Part shown: positions 8,264 to 16,090 of the stretch, one piece after another
Numbering within the stretch: position 1 is the stretch's first letter
Layout of the letters: each line of letters opens with the position of its first letter
Assembly (NCBI GenBank): GCA_021778895.1
Contig: JAJYBR010000001.1
Span: 228,386-292,385 of the forward strand
Origin: Actinomycetes bacterium
GTDB taxonomy: Bacteria > Actinomycetota > Acidimicrobiia > Acidimicrobiales > RAAP-2
DNA: 64,000 nt
Direction of reading: 5' to 3'
Notes under the pieces: model-generated
Told to the model about the DNA's origin: nothing
What the model saw: the letters and a program-made list of their open reading frames with translations, nothing else
Database searches by the model: none
Made by a program: the position numbers and the translations under genes

Positions 8264-8953
8264 GTGAGAGTCGGAATCCTCCTGCCCACCTTCACGACCT
8301 CGGCGGGTCCGGCGCTCGACCTGGCCGAGCGGGCCGCCACCGCGGGCCTGGACGGCGTCTTCGCCTATGACCACCTGTGGCCGATGGGGTCGCCGACGCG
8401 CCCGGCGCTGGCCCCCGGCCCGATCCTGGCCGCCGTGGCTCAACGTCTCCCTCTGGTCGTCGGGCCCCTGGTGGCGCGGATCGGCTTGGGCACGCCCGAG
8501 CACCTGGTGCGCTGGTTCGAGACGCTGGGCGAGCTGGCACCCCGCGGGGTCATCGCCGCTCTGGGCACCGGGGACCGGCTGTCGGCCGAAGAGAATCGCG
8601 CCTACGGCCTGACCCTCGACGACGCCGCCACGCGGCGCGAGCAGCTGCGCGAGGTGGCGACGCGCCTGAGCCCCTCCTTCGAGGTGTGGATCGGCGCGGG
8701 CGCCGCCGCGACCAACGCGGTCGCCCGCGAGGTCGGGGCGACGCTGAACCTGTGGAACGCCACCATCGAGCAGGTGGCCGCCGCCGCCCAGCGTGGGCCG
8801 GTCAGTTGGGCCGGGGTTGCCCGAGCCGCAGCGGATCTCGGGCCGACGCTCGGCGCCTTGGCGGGCGCTGGGGCCACGTGGGCGGTGCTGTCGGCGACCG
8901 CGGATCTGGATGCGGTCGCTCGCTGGATCGAGGGGTCGGCCACCAGACAGTAA
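8264..8953 (+). CDS. LLM-class (luciferase-like) flavin/F420-dependent oxidoreductase, short form
   Basis: GTG 8264 within ORF 8036..8953, 2 nt after the GT4 stop. VRVGILLPTFTTSAGPALDLAERAATAGLDGVFAYDHLW and GTGDRLSAEENRAYG fit the LLM family. Confidence 0.6.
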   Translation: MRVGILLPTFTTSAGPALDLAERAATAGLDGVFAYDHLWPMGSPTRPALAPGPILAAVAQRLPLVVGPLVARIGLGTPEHLVRWFETLGELAPRGVIAALGTGDRLSAEENRAYGLTLDDAATRREQLREVATRLSPSFEVWIGAGAAATNAVAREVGATLNLWNATIEQVAAAAQRGPVSWAGVARAAADLGPTLGALAGAGATWAVLSATADLDAVARWIEGSATRQ

Positions 8954-8962
8954 GGTTCGCCA

Positions 8963-10165
8963 ATGGAGTTCCGGCGCATAACGGGCCTTCCGCCCTACGT
9001 CTTTGCTCACACCAATGCCCTGAAGGCCGCCGCCCGCGCTGCCGGTCACGACGTCGTCGACTTCGGCTTCGGCAACCCGGACCTGCCCAGTCCCGACATC
9101 GCGGTCGAGAAGCTGGCCGAGGCGGCGCACAACCCGCGCAACCATCGCTACAGCGCGAGCCGGGGCATCCCCAATCTGCGCTTGGCGATGGCCACGCGCT
9201 ACCGCGACGTCTTCGGGGTTGAGCTCGACCCCGACACCGAGGTCGTGACCACGATCGGTGCCAAGGAGGGCTTCACCCACGTGATGTGGGTGCTGCTGGG
9301 TCCTGGCGACAGCGCCCTGGTGCCCACGCCCAGCTACCCCATCCATCTGGCGGGCCCGGGGTTCGCCGGCGCCTCGTTGCTCACGGTGCCGGTGGCCGAC
9401 CCCGCACTCGGGGAGCGCGACCCTGGCGACGACTTCTTCGACGCGATGAGCGATGCTTGGCAGCGCGCGGCGGTCAAGCCGCGCGTGGTGGTGGCCTCGT
9501 TCCCGCACAATCCCACCAGCGCCTGCGTCGACCTGGACTTCATGACGCGCCTGGTGGACTTCGCGCGCACCCACGAGATGGTCGTGGTCCACGACTTCGC
9601 CTACGCCGACCTCGGCTTCGACGGCTACCAGCCACCCTCGATCCTGCAGGTCCCGGGCGCCAAGGACTGCGCCGTCGAGCTCTACACGCTGACCAAGTCG
9701 TTCTCGATGGCGGGGTGGCGCGTGGGCTTCCTGGTGGGCAACGCCGAGGTCGTGGCAGCACTGACCAAGCTCAAGAGCTACCTGGACTACGGGACGTTCC
9801 AACCCGTCCAGATCGCGGCCATCGTGGCCATGAACGAGGCGCGCGGCTACCCCGCCGAGCTGCGCGCGACCTACCAGTCGCGTCGCGACGCCCTGATCAG
9901 CGGGCTCGACCGCATCGGCTGGTCGGTGGCGCCCCCGCGCGGCTCGATGTTCGTGTGGGCACGGATTCCCGAGCCGTATCGCGCGATGGGCTCGCTAGCC
10001 TTCGCGACCCGGCTCATCGAGGAAGCGCACGTCGCCACGAGCCCCGGTGTGGGCTTCGGTGAGGGGGGCGAGGGCTACGTGCGCTTCGCGCTGATCGAGA
10101 ACGAGGCGCGAACGGCCCAGGCGATCCGCGGGCTGCGCCGGGCGCTGCCCGAGTTGCGCGCCTAG
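8963..10165 (+). CDS. Class I/II PLP-dependent aminotransferase (alanine/aspartate aminotransferase type)
   Basis: ITGLPPYVFAHTN, DFGFGNPDLPSP, NHRYSASRGIPNLR, SFPHNPT and TLTKSFSMAGWRVGF (PLP lysine). 400 aa. Confidence 0.88.
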   Translation: MEFRRITGLPPYVFAHTNALKAAARAAGHDVVDFGFGNPDLPSPDIAVEKLAEAAHNPRNHRYSASRGIPNLRLAMATRYRDVFGVELDPDTEVVTTIGAKEGFTHVMWVLLGPGDSALVPTPSYPIHLAGPGFAGASLLTVPVADPALGERDPGDDFFDAMSDAWQRAAVKPRVVVASFPHNPTSACVDLDFMTRLVDFARTHEMVVVHDFAYADLGFDGYQPPSILQVPGAKDCAVELYTLTKSFSMAGWRVGFLVGNAEVVAALTKLKSYLDYGTFQPVQIAAIVAMNEARGYPAELRATYQSRRDALISGLDRIGWSVAPPRGSMFVWARIPEPYRAMGSLAFATRLIEEAHVATSPGVGFGEGGEGYVRFALIENEARTAQAIRGLRRALPELRA

Positions 10166-11673
10166 GTCGCCGTCGACCCGAGCAGACGCTCGACGCCACG
10201 GCGCCACGCGTCGTACGCGGCGCCCGCCTCACCCGCCTCACCCGGCGGGAAGGTGCGCGTGGCGCTCCAGTGCAGGCTCAGCTCGTCGAGGGTTCCCCAG
10301 ACCCCCGTGACCAGTCCCGCCAGGGCGGCCACGCCGCGGGCGGTCGCCTCGGTGGCCGGTCCTCGCGAGACGGGGACCTGGCACAGCGTCGCCTGGAGCT
10401 GGGCGAGCAGGTCCATCCGGGCGACGCCGCCGTCGATGCGCAGGTCGGCCAGATCGAGCCCCGCGCCGACGAAGGCGTCGGTGATCGCGCGCACCTGGAA
10501 GGCCAGCGCGTCGATCACGGCGCGAGCCAGGTGCGCCCGGGTCGTCGTGGCGTCCAGGCCCGTCACGGCGCCACGCACGTCGGGCCGCCAGTAGGGCGAA
10601 CCCAGTCCCGCCAGGGCGGGGATGAAGCGCACGCCGCCGGCGTCGGGCACGGTGGCGGCCAGGGGCTCGAGTGCCGCGGGCGAGTCCAGCAGGCCCATGC
10701 CGTCGGTGAGCCACTCGATCGCCGCTCCCGCGACGAAAGCCGAGCCCTCGAGCGCGTAGGTCGCGCCGCCCATCGGGCCAAGGTCCCAGGCGACCGTCGT
10801 GAGCAGCCCCGGGATAGGCGGGGGCGGCACGGCTCCCGCGTTGGCGACGACGAATGCCCCGGTGCCGTAGGTCGCCTTGACCATCCCGGGGCGGTAGCCG
10901 GCGTGGCCGAACAGGGCCGCCTGCTGGTCGCCCAGCACCGCGGCGATGGGCACGCCGCCCAAGGCGGGGACGACGGAGCGGTCCACGTGACCGACGACGC
11001 GCCCGGAGGCCCCCACGGGGGCCAGCACGTCGAGGGGCACGGAGAAGAGGTCCGCCATGGGCGCGGACCAGTCGCGGGTCGCGAGGTCCAGCAGCGCCGT
11101 CCGCGACGCGTTCGAGGGCTCGGTCGCGAACGCCCCGCCCGCCGGCCCGCCGGTGAGCCACCACACCAGCCAGGTGTCCACGGTCGCCAGCGCGGGCGTC
11201 GTCGCCCCGTCGAGCCAGCCGTTCTCCAGCAGCCAGGCCATCTTGGTCGCCGAGAAGTACGGGTCCAGGACCAGGCCGGTCGTGGCGCGCACCTGGTCCT
11301 CGAGACCGCGGGCGCGCAGCTGCGCGCAGGCGGCCGCCGTGCGGCGATCCTGCCAGACGATCGCCGGCGCCAGAGGGTCGGGCCGCTCCCGGTCGAAGGC
11401 CACCGTCGTCTCGCGCTGGTTGGTCAGGCCGAGGGCGATCGGGGTGTGGCGTGCGCTGGCCAGTGCGGCGGCGACCTCCTCGAGGACCGCGACGGCCGCG
11501 GCGGCGATCTCGGCCGCGTCGTGCTCGACCTCGCCGGGATGCGGGTAACTCTGGTGCAGGGGCCGTCCGGCGCTGGCCAGCTCCTCCAGGTCGGGTCCGA
11601 AGGCCAGCGCACGTACGCTGGTGGTTCCCGCGTCCAGGGCCACGACGGCGTCCATCCGGGCCAGGCTAGCCAC
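10162..11673 (-). CDS. glpK: Glycerol kinase
   Basis: VVALDAGTTSVRALAF, PGEVEHDAAEI, LGLTNQRETTVAFD, IVWQDRRTA, LDPYFSATKMAWLLEN and KATYGTGAFV. The alternative start is ATG 11655. The 3' end overlaps the convergent aminotransferase by 4 nt. Confidence 0.9.
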   Translation of the reverse strand: MASLARMDAVVALDAGTTSVRALAFGPDLEELASAGRPLHQSYPHPGEVEHDAAEIAAAAVAVLEEVAAALASARHTPIALGLTNQRETTVAFDRERPDPLAPAIVWQDRRTAAACAQLRARGLEDQVRATTGLVLDPYFSATKMAWLLENGWLDGATTPALATVDTWLVWWLTGGPAGGAFATEPSNASRTALLDLATRDWSAPMADLFSVPLDVLAPVGASGRVVGHVDRSVVPALGGVPIAAVLGDQQAALFGHAGYRPGMVKATYGTGAFVVANAGAVPPPPIPGLLTTVAWDLGPMGGATYALEGSAFVAGAAIEWLTDGMGLLDSPAALEPLAATVPDAGGVRFIPALAGLGSPYWRPDVRGAVTGLDATTTRAHLARAVIDALAFQVRAITDAFVGAGLDLADLRIDGGVARMDLLAQLQATLCQVPVSRGPATEATARGVAALAGLVTGVWGTLDELSLHWSATRTFPPGEAGEAGAAYDAWRRGVERLLGSTAT

Positions 11674-11728
11674 GCGGACCCCGGGGGCCAGGCTTCTCCC
11701 TGGTGAGCCGCGGGGCCCAAGAAAGGGG

Positions 11729-11757
11729 TTGACGCGGTGTAATTACAGTGGTGTAAT
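11729..11757 (+). promoter_or_regulatory. Putative SigA-type promoter of nrdJ
   Basis: TTGACG (11729-11734), a 17-nt spacer, then TGTAAT (11752-11757). It lies about 108 nt upstream of the nrdJ ATG. Confidence 0.55.
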
Positions 11758-11758
11758 A

Positions 11759-11805
11759 ACACAGCATCTTGCGTGCAGCCGTCTGTGTGCCACAACATAT
11801 TGTGG
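11759..11805 (+). promoter_or_regulatory. Tandem NrdR boxes (operator of ribonucleotide reductase repressor)
   Basis: Box 2, CCACAACATATTGTGG (11790-11805), is a near-perfect 16-bp palindrome with 13/16 matches to the acaCwAtATaTwGtgt consensus. Box 1, ACACAGCATCTTGCGT (11759-11774), matches 12/16. The centres are 31 bp apart, and box 1 abuts the -10 element. Confidence 0.75.
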
Positions 11806-11864
11806 TTTTGGCGGCTTTGTGGGTGCGCCCGGCAGGCGGGCGCCGACGAGGAGGAAGGCAGACC

Positions 11865-14720
11865 ATGGCGATCGCGCCGCATCGGTTGGGGATCGGGTTG
11901 GAGAGGTACTTCACGTCGGACGACCGTCACCCGTACGACGAGGTGGTCTGGGAGCGTCGCGACGCGCGGATCACGAACTTCCGCGACGGCACCGTGGCCT
12001 TCGAGCAGCTCGGGGTGGAGGTTCCCGAGTCGTGGTCGCTCAACGCCACGAACATCCTGGCCCAGAAGTACTTCCGGGGGACGCTCGGGACGCCCGAGCG
12101 CGAGTCGAGCCTGAAGCAGGTCGTCGACCGCATCGTCGACACGATCACGGCCTGGGGCCAGTCGGGCGACTACTTCGCCGATGAGGCCGAAGCCGAGACC
12201 TTCCGGGCCGAACTCAAGCTGCTCCTGATCACGCAGCGGGCCGCCTTCAACTCGCCCGTCTGGTTCAACATCGGCGTCCCCGGGGTGCCCCAGCAGGGCA
12301 GCGCCTGCTTCATCCTGGCCGTCGAGGACTCCATGCGCTCGATCCTCAACTGGTACACCGAGGAGGGGATCATCTTCAAGGGCGGCTCGGGCGCTGGCGT
12401 CAACCTGTCGCGGATCCGGGCAAGCGCCGAGCCCCTCGAGGGCGGCGGCACCGCGAGCGGGCCGGTGTCCTTCATGCGCGGGGCCGACGCGTCGGCCGGG
12501 ACCATCAAGTCGGGCGGCAAGACGCGCCGCGCCGCCAAGATGGTCATCCTCAACGTCGACCACCCCGACATCGAGGAGTTCATCTGGTGCAAGGAGCGCG
12601 AGGAGCAGAAGGCCCGCGTGCTGCGCGACGCGGGGTTCGACATGGATCTCGACGGCAAGGACATCACGTCGATCCAGTACCAGAACGCGAACAACTCGGT
12701 GCGCGTGACCGACGACTTCATGCACGCGGTCCTCGAGGACCGGGACTGGAACCTCACGGCTCGGTCTGACGGATCGACGATCTCGACGCTGCCGGCTCGC
12801 CAGATCTGGCACGACATCGCCCAGGCGGCCTGGGAGTGCGCCGATCCGGGGCTGCAGTTCGACACGACGATCAACCGGTGGCACACGTCACCCAACTCGG
12901 GCCGCATCAATGGCTCCAACCCGTGCTCGGAGTACATGCACATCGACAACTCGGCGTGCAACCTGGCCAGCCTCAACTTGCTGAAGTTCCTGCGGGCCGA
13001 CGGCCACTTCGACGTGGACGCCTTCCGTGCGGCCGTGTCGGTGGTCTTCACCGCCCAGGAGATCCTGGTCGGCTTCGCGGACTACCCGACCGAGCGGATC
13101 GGCGAGAACTCGCGCAAGTTCCGCCAGCTCGGGATCGGCTACGCGAACCTCGGCGCCCTGTTGATGGCCTCCGGGCTGGCCTACGACTCCGACGGCGGTC
13201 GGGCCTGGGCGGCGGCGATCTCGGCGCTGATGACCGGTCACGCCTACGCCACCAGCGCGCGGATCGCCGGGCGGATGGGTCCCCACGAGGGCTACGCCGC
13301 CAACGTCGAGCCGATGCTCGACGTCCTGCGTTTGCACCGCGAGGCTGCGCGAGCCATCGACGCCACGTTCGCGCCCGCTGACCTGCTGGCTGCCGCTCAG
13401 GCCAGCTGGGACGAGGCCGTCGAGCTGGGCGAGCGCTACGGCGTGCGCAACGCGCAGGCCTCGGTGCTGGCTCCGACGGGGACCATCGGCCTGCTGATGG
13501 ACTGCGACACGACCGGCATCGAGCCGGATCTGGGCCTGGTCAAGATGAAGAAGCTGGTCGGCGGCGGGACGATGTCGATCGTCAACCAGACGGTCCCGCG
13601 CGCTCTGCGGGTCCTGGGTTACGACGAGGCGACGGCCGAGGGGATCCTCGCCTACCTCGACGAGCACAAGACGATCGTGGGCGCACCGGGGCTGCGTGCC
13701 GAGCACCTGCCGGTGTTCGCCTGCTCGATGGGCGACAACATCATCCACTACCTGGGCCACGTCCACATGATGGCGGCGGTGCAGCCCTTCATCTCGGGCG
13801 CGATCTCCAAGACCGTCAACATGCCCGAGGACGCCTCGGTCGAAGAGGTGGAGCAGCTGCACCTGGAGTCGTGGCGCCTGGGACTCAAGGCCGTGGCGAT
13901 CTACCGCGACAACTGCAAGGTCGGGCAGCCCCTGTCCACCGCGAAGAAGGCCGACGCGACGGCGCCAGCGTCCGAAGAGTCGAGCACGGTCGTGGGCGAG
14001 CTGCGGACACGGATCCAGCAGCTCGAGGAGTCCCTCGCGACGCTCCAGCGCGAGGGCGACCACGTCCTGGTGGGGGCCGTGCGCGAGCGGCTGCCACGTC
14101 GACGCACGTCGACGACCTTCGCCTTCCGCGTCGCCGACTGCGAGGGGTACGTCACGGTCGGGGAGTACGAGGACGGTCGTCCCGGCGAGGTCTTCATCAA
14201 GGTCTCCAAGCAGGGTTCGACCCTGGCGGGGATCATGGACGCCTTCTCGATCTCGATCAGCCTCGGGCTCCAGCACGGCGTGCCCCTGGCGACCTACGTG
14301 CGCAAGTACGTCAACATGAAGTTCGAGCCTTCGGGCATGACTGACGACGCCGACCTGCGCATCGCTACGTCGCTCGTCGACTACATCTTCCGCCGCCTGG
14401 CACTGGACTACTTGAGCCGGGACGAGCGCGAGGAGGTGGGTGTGCTGTCCTCCAGCGAGCGGGTACAACCCACGCTGCCCGAGGTCGTCGAGCAGGCCAC
14501 CCCGACGGTCGGGATCACGCCGTCGTTCGACTTCGACTCGGCTGCGGCAGCGACCCGTGAGCGTGCCGACCGTCCCGTGGGGGAGTCATCGCCACGAACC
14601 GGAGCGCGGCGTTCGGAGATGCGTGATGCCCCGATGTGCTACCAGTGCGGCAATGTCATGCAGCAGGCAGGATCCTGTTTCGTGTGTTCGAGCTGTGGGA
14701 CGACCAGCGGCTGCAGCTGA
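11865..14720 (+). CDS. nrdJ: Adenosylcobalamin-dependent ribonucleoside-diphosphate reductase (class II)
   Basis: ATG 11865 follows GAGGAGGAAGG, within ORF 11769..14720. YFTSDDRHPYDEVVWERRDARI, NATNILAQKYFRG, SACFIL, NPCSEY and a C-terminal Zn-ribbon CYQCGNVMQQAGSCFVCSSCG. 951 aa, typical actinobacterial NrdJ size. Confidence 0.93.
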   Translation: MAIAPHRLGIGLERYFTSDDRHPYDEVVWERRDARITNFRDGTVAFEQLGVEVPESWSLNATNILAQKYFRGTLGTPERESSLKQVVDRIVDTITAWGQSGDYFADEAEAETFRAELKLLLITQRAAFNSPVWFNIGVPGVPQQGSACFILAVEDSMRSILNWYTEEGIIFKGGSGAGVNLSRIRASAEPLEGGGTASGPVSFMRGADASAGTIKSGGKTRRAAKMVILNVDHPDIEEFIWCKEREEQKARVLRDAGFDMDLDGKDITSIQYQNANNSVRVTDDFMHAVLEDRDWNLTARSDGSTISTLPARQIWHDIAQAAWECADPGLQFDTTINRWHTSPNSGRINGSNPCSEYMHIDNSACNLASLNLLKFLRADGHFDVDAFRAAVSVVFTAQEILVGFADYPTERIGENSRKFRQLGIGYANLGALLMASGLAYDSDGGRAWAAAISALMTGHAYATSARIAGRMGPHEGYAANVEPMLDVLRLHREAARAIDATFAPADLLAAAQASWDEAVELGERYGVRNAQASVLAPTGTIGLLMDCDTTGIEPDLGLVKMKKLVGGGTMSIVNQTVPRALRVLGYDEATAEGILAYLDEHKTIVGAPGLRAEHLPVFACSMGDNIIHYLGHVHMMAAVQPFISGAISKTVNMPEDASVEEVEQLHLESWRLGLKAVAIYRDNCKVGQPLSTAKKADATAPASEESSTVVGELRTRIQQLEESLATLQREGDHVLVGAVRERLPRRRTSTTFAFRVADCEGYVTVGEYEDGRPGEVFIKVSKQGSTLAGIMDAFSISISLGLQHGVPLATYVRKYVNMKFEPSGMTDDADLRIATSLVDYIFRRLALDYLSRDEREEVGVLSSSERVQPTLPEVVEQATPTVGITPSFDFDSAAAATRERADRPVGESSPRTGARRSEMRDAPMCYQCGNVMQQAGSCFVCSSCGTTSGCS

Positions 14721-14793
14721 TGTGAAGTCTTACCGAGTGACACGGGCAAATTGCACGAAGTGACACACCCGTTTTCATTCGGTGACATCGACC

Positions 14794-14826
14794 GAGCTGG
14801 CGCCCCCCCTCGGGGGGCGCCAGCTC
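14794..14826. terminator. Bidirectional intrinsic-terminator-like hairpin between convergent nrdJ and the dehydrogenase gene
   Basis: GAGCTGGCGCCCCCC-ctc-GGGGGGCGCCAGCTC forms a perfect 15-bp GC-rich stem. There is no clear U-tract on either side. Confidence 0.65.
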
Positions 14827-14960
14827 ATGTTGTCCGTCACCCTTCACGCGGCATTCTCGCCGCGAGACTGCTTCGAGATCCCCGATGACTTTGGGCGCGA
14901 GCTCAACATGAGGTGGATCCCGGCACGCAACCTCGACGAGGCGGTGCGCCTCACGTCGAG

Positions 14961-16040
14961 TCAGCCATGTGCGGGGGCGTGTCCCTTCGCGGCTCGCGAG
15001 CTGACCTGGACGACTACCTTGACGTCATCGGGTTGTCGCGTCAGAGCCTGCTCCCAGTGCTCCAGCGGAACTCGCCGGCTCACGACTCGATCCAGCCACC
15101 CGTGGTCCGCCTCGGCGAGAGCTTGGGCCGCCGCCTCGTAGTGTCGCCGGTTGGCGTTCACCGAACCCACGACGGCGACGTTCTCCAACACCATGCTGCG
15201 GTTGAGTGACCCTTCGTCGAACTGTACGAGGTGACCGCCCGACGAGACCCCGGTGAGACATACGACACCGCCGATGCCCACGTGCTGCATGGCGTCGAGG
15301 ATGACACTGGATACACCTGTGCATTCGATGATGACGTCGGGCCCGTCGCAGGCGTCGACCACCGATCCACTGTGATACGTGGCGCCCAGTGCTCGCACCA
15401 GATCGGGTTTCGTGCCCGAGGTCATCTGGTCGATCACGTGGACGTCCAGTCCTCGCTGGATGCCCAGCATGGCTGCGAGAAGTCCGATGGGCCCCGCGCC
15501 GGTCACCAGCGCCTTCTCCGGCTTCCAGTGGGCGCGACCTCCGACACGATCCACGTCCTCCCAGGCCTTGGCCACCACGCTGGTGGGCTCGAGCAGCACG
15601 CCCAGCGAGCCGAGCGATGGATCGACCTTGACGACGAACTCCGGGGTGATCCGGTAGCGCTCCGAGAGATACCCGTCGTGCTCCTTGATGCCGCGCTCGG
15701 TGTAGCGACCGTTGCGGCAGAAGTCCCACTCCATCACGGCGCAGTTGGCGCAGGGGACCGGATCGGGGCGACGCACGATCCCCACCACCAAGTCGCCGAC
15801 GGCTACCGGCGCGTCCGGCGGCGCCTCGAGCACGCGTCCGAGCGACTCGTGTCCCAGCACCAGGCGATCACGGCCCGGCGGAGACCAGCCGTAGGCGCCC
15901 GAGAGGATTTCGATGTCGGTGCCGCAGATTCCGACCGCCAGCGTCTCCACCACAATGGGGCCGTCGCTCACGGGGGGCTCGTCGACGTCGGAGAGCTGGG
16001 CCGAGCCCGCCTGGTGGGGTATGACGGTGAGCGCTTTCAT
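14961..16040 (-). CDS. Zn-dependent medium-chain dehydrogenase, glucose 1-dehydrogenase type
   Basis: Internal ATG 16040 of ORF 14961..16664. MKALTVIPHQ, VGICGTDIEILSG, GHESLGRV, CANC, GAGPIGLLAA. 359 aa. The upstream 208 codons of the track ORF overlap the GH15 gene and are rejected. Confidence 0.8.
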   Translation of the reverse strand: MKALTVIPHQAGSAQLSDVDEPPVSDGPIVVETLAVGICGTDIEILSGAYGWSPPGRDRLVLGHESLGRVLEAPPDAPVAVGDLVVGIVRRPDPVPCANCAVMEWDFCRNGRYTERGIKEHDGYLSERYRITPEFVVKVDPSLGSLGVLLEPTSVVAKAWEDVDRVGGRAHWKPEKALVTGAGPIGLLAAMLGIQRGLDVHVIDQMTSGTKPDLVRALGATYHSGSVVDACDGPDVIIECTGVSSVILDAMQHVGIGGVVCLTGVSSGGHLVQFDEGSLNRSMVLENVAVVGSVNANRRHYEAAAQALAEADHGWLDRVVSRRVPLEHWEQALTRQPDDVKVVVQVSSRAAKGHAPAHG

Positions 16041-16090
16041 GGCTGCCTGCTTTCTGGTGGAACTGTTCGTCCCGGTGACGCGATGCGTGC

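Noticed and set aside
8162-9802. A 546-aa minus-strand ORF.
   Set aside because: It lies antisense to the well-supported LLM and aminotransferase genes. It has an Arg/Gly/Pro-rich composition typical of shadow ORFs in high-GC DNA and no family motifs.
11758-11864. A possible cobalamin riboswitch in the nrdJ leader.
   Set aside because: The leader is only about 100 nt and is occupied by the two NrdR boxes. I saw no B12-box-like core, and class II RNRs use B12 as a cofactor rather than being repressed by it.
12888-14468. A 526-aa minus-strand ORF inside nrdJ, and similar long antisense ORFs: 16103..17941 (+), 20440..22452 (+), 27304..28866 (-), 36282..37991 (-), 42748..44040 (-), 44042..45727 (-), 55256..56518 (-), 58028..59215 (-).
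   Set aside because: Each lies opposite a gene with unmistakable family motifs. All are rich in Arg, Gly, Pro and His, as expected for out-of-frame translation of GC-rich coding DNA.
11865-14720. A possible intein or insertion in NrdJ.
   Set aside because: The 951-aa length matches ordinary actinobacterial NrdJ. There is no Cys/Ser-...-His-Asn splice-junction block or homing-endonuclease-like insert in the translation.
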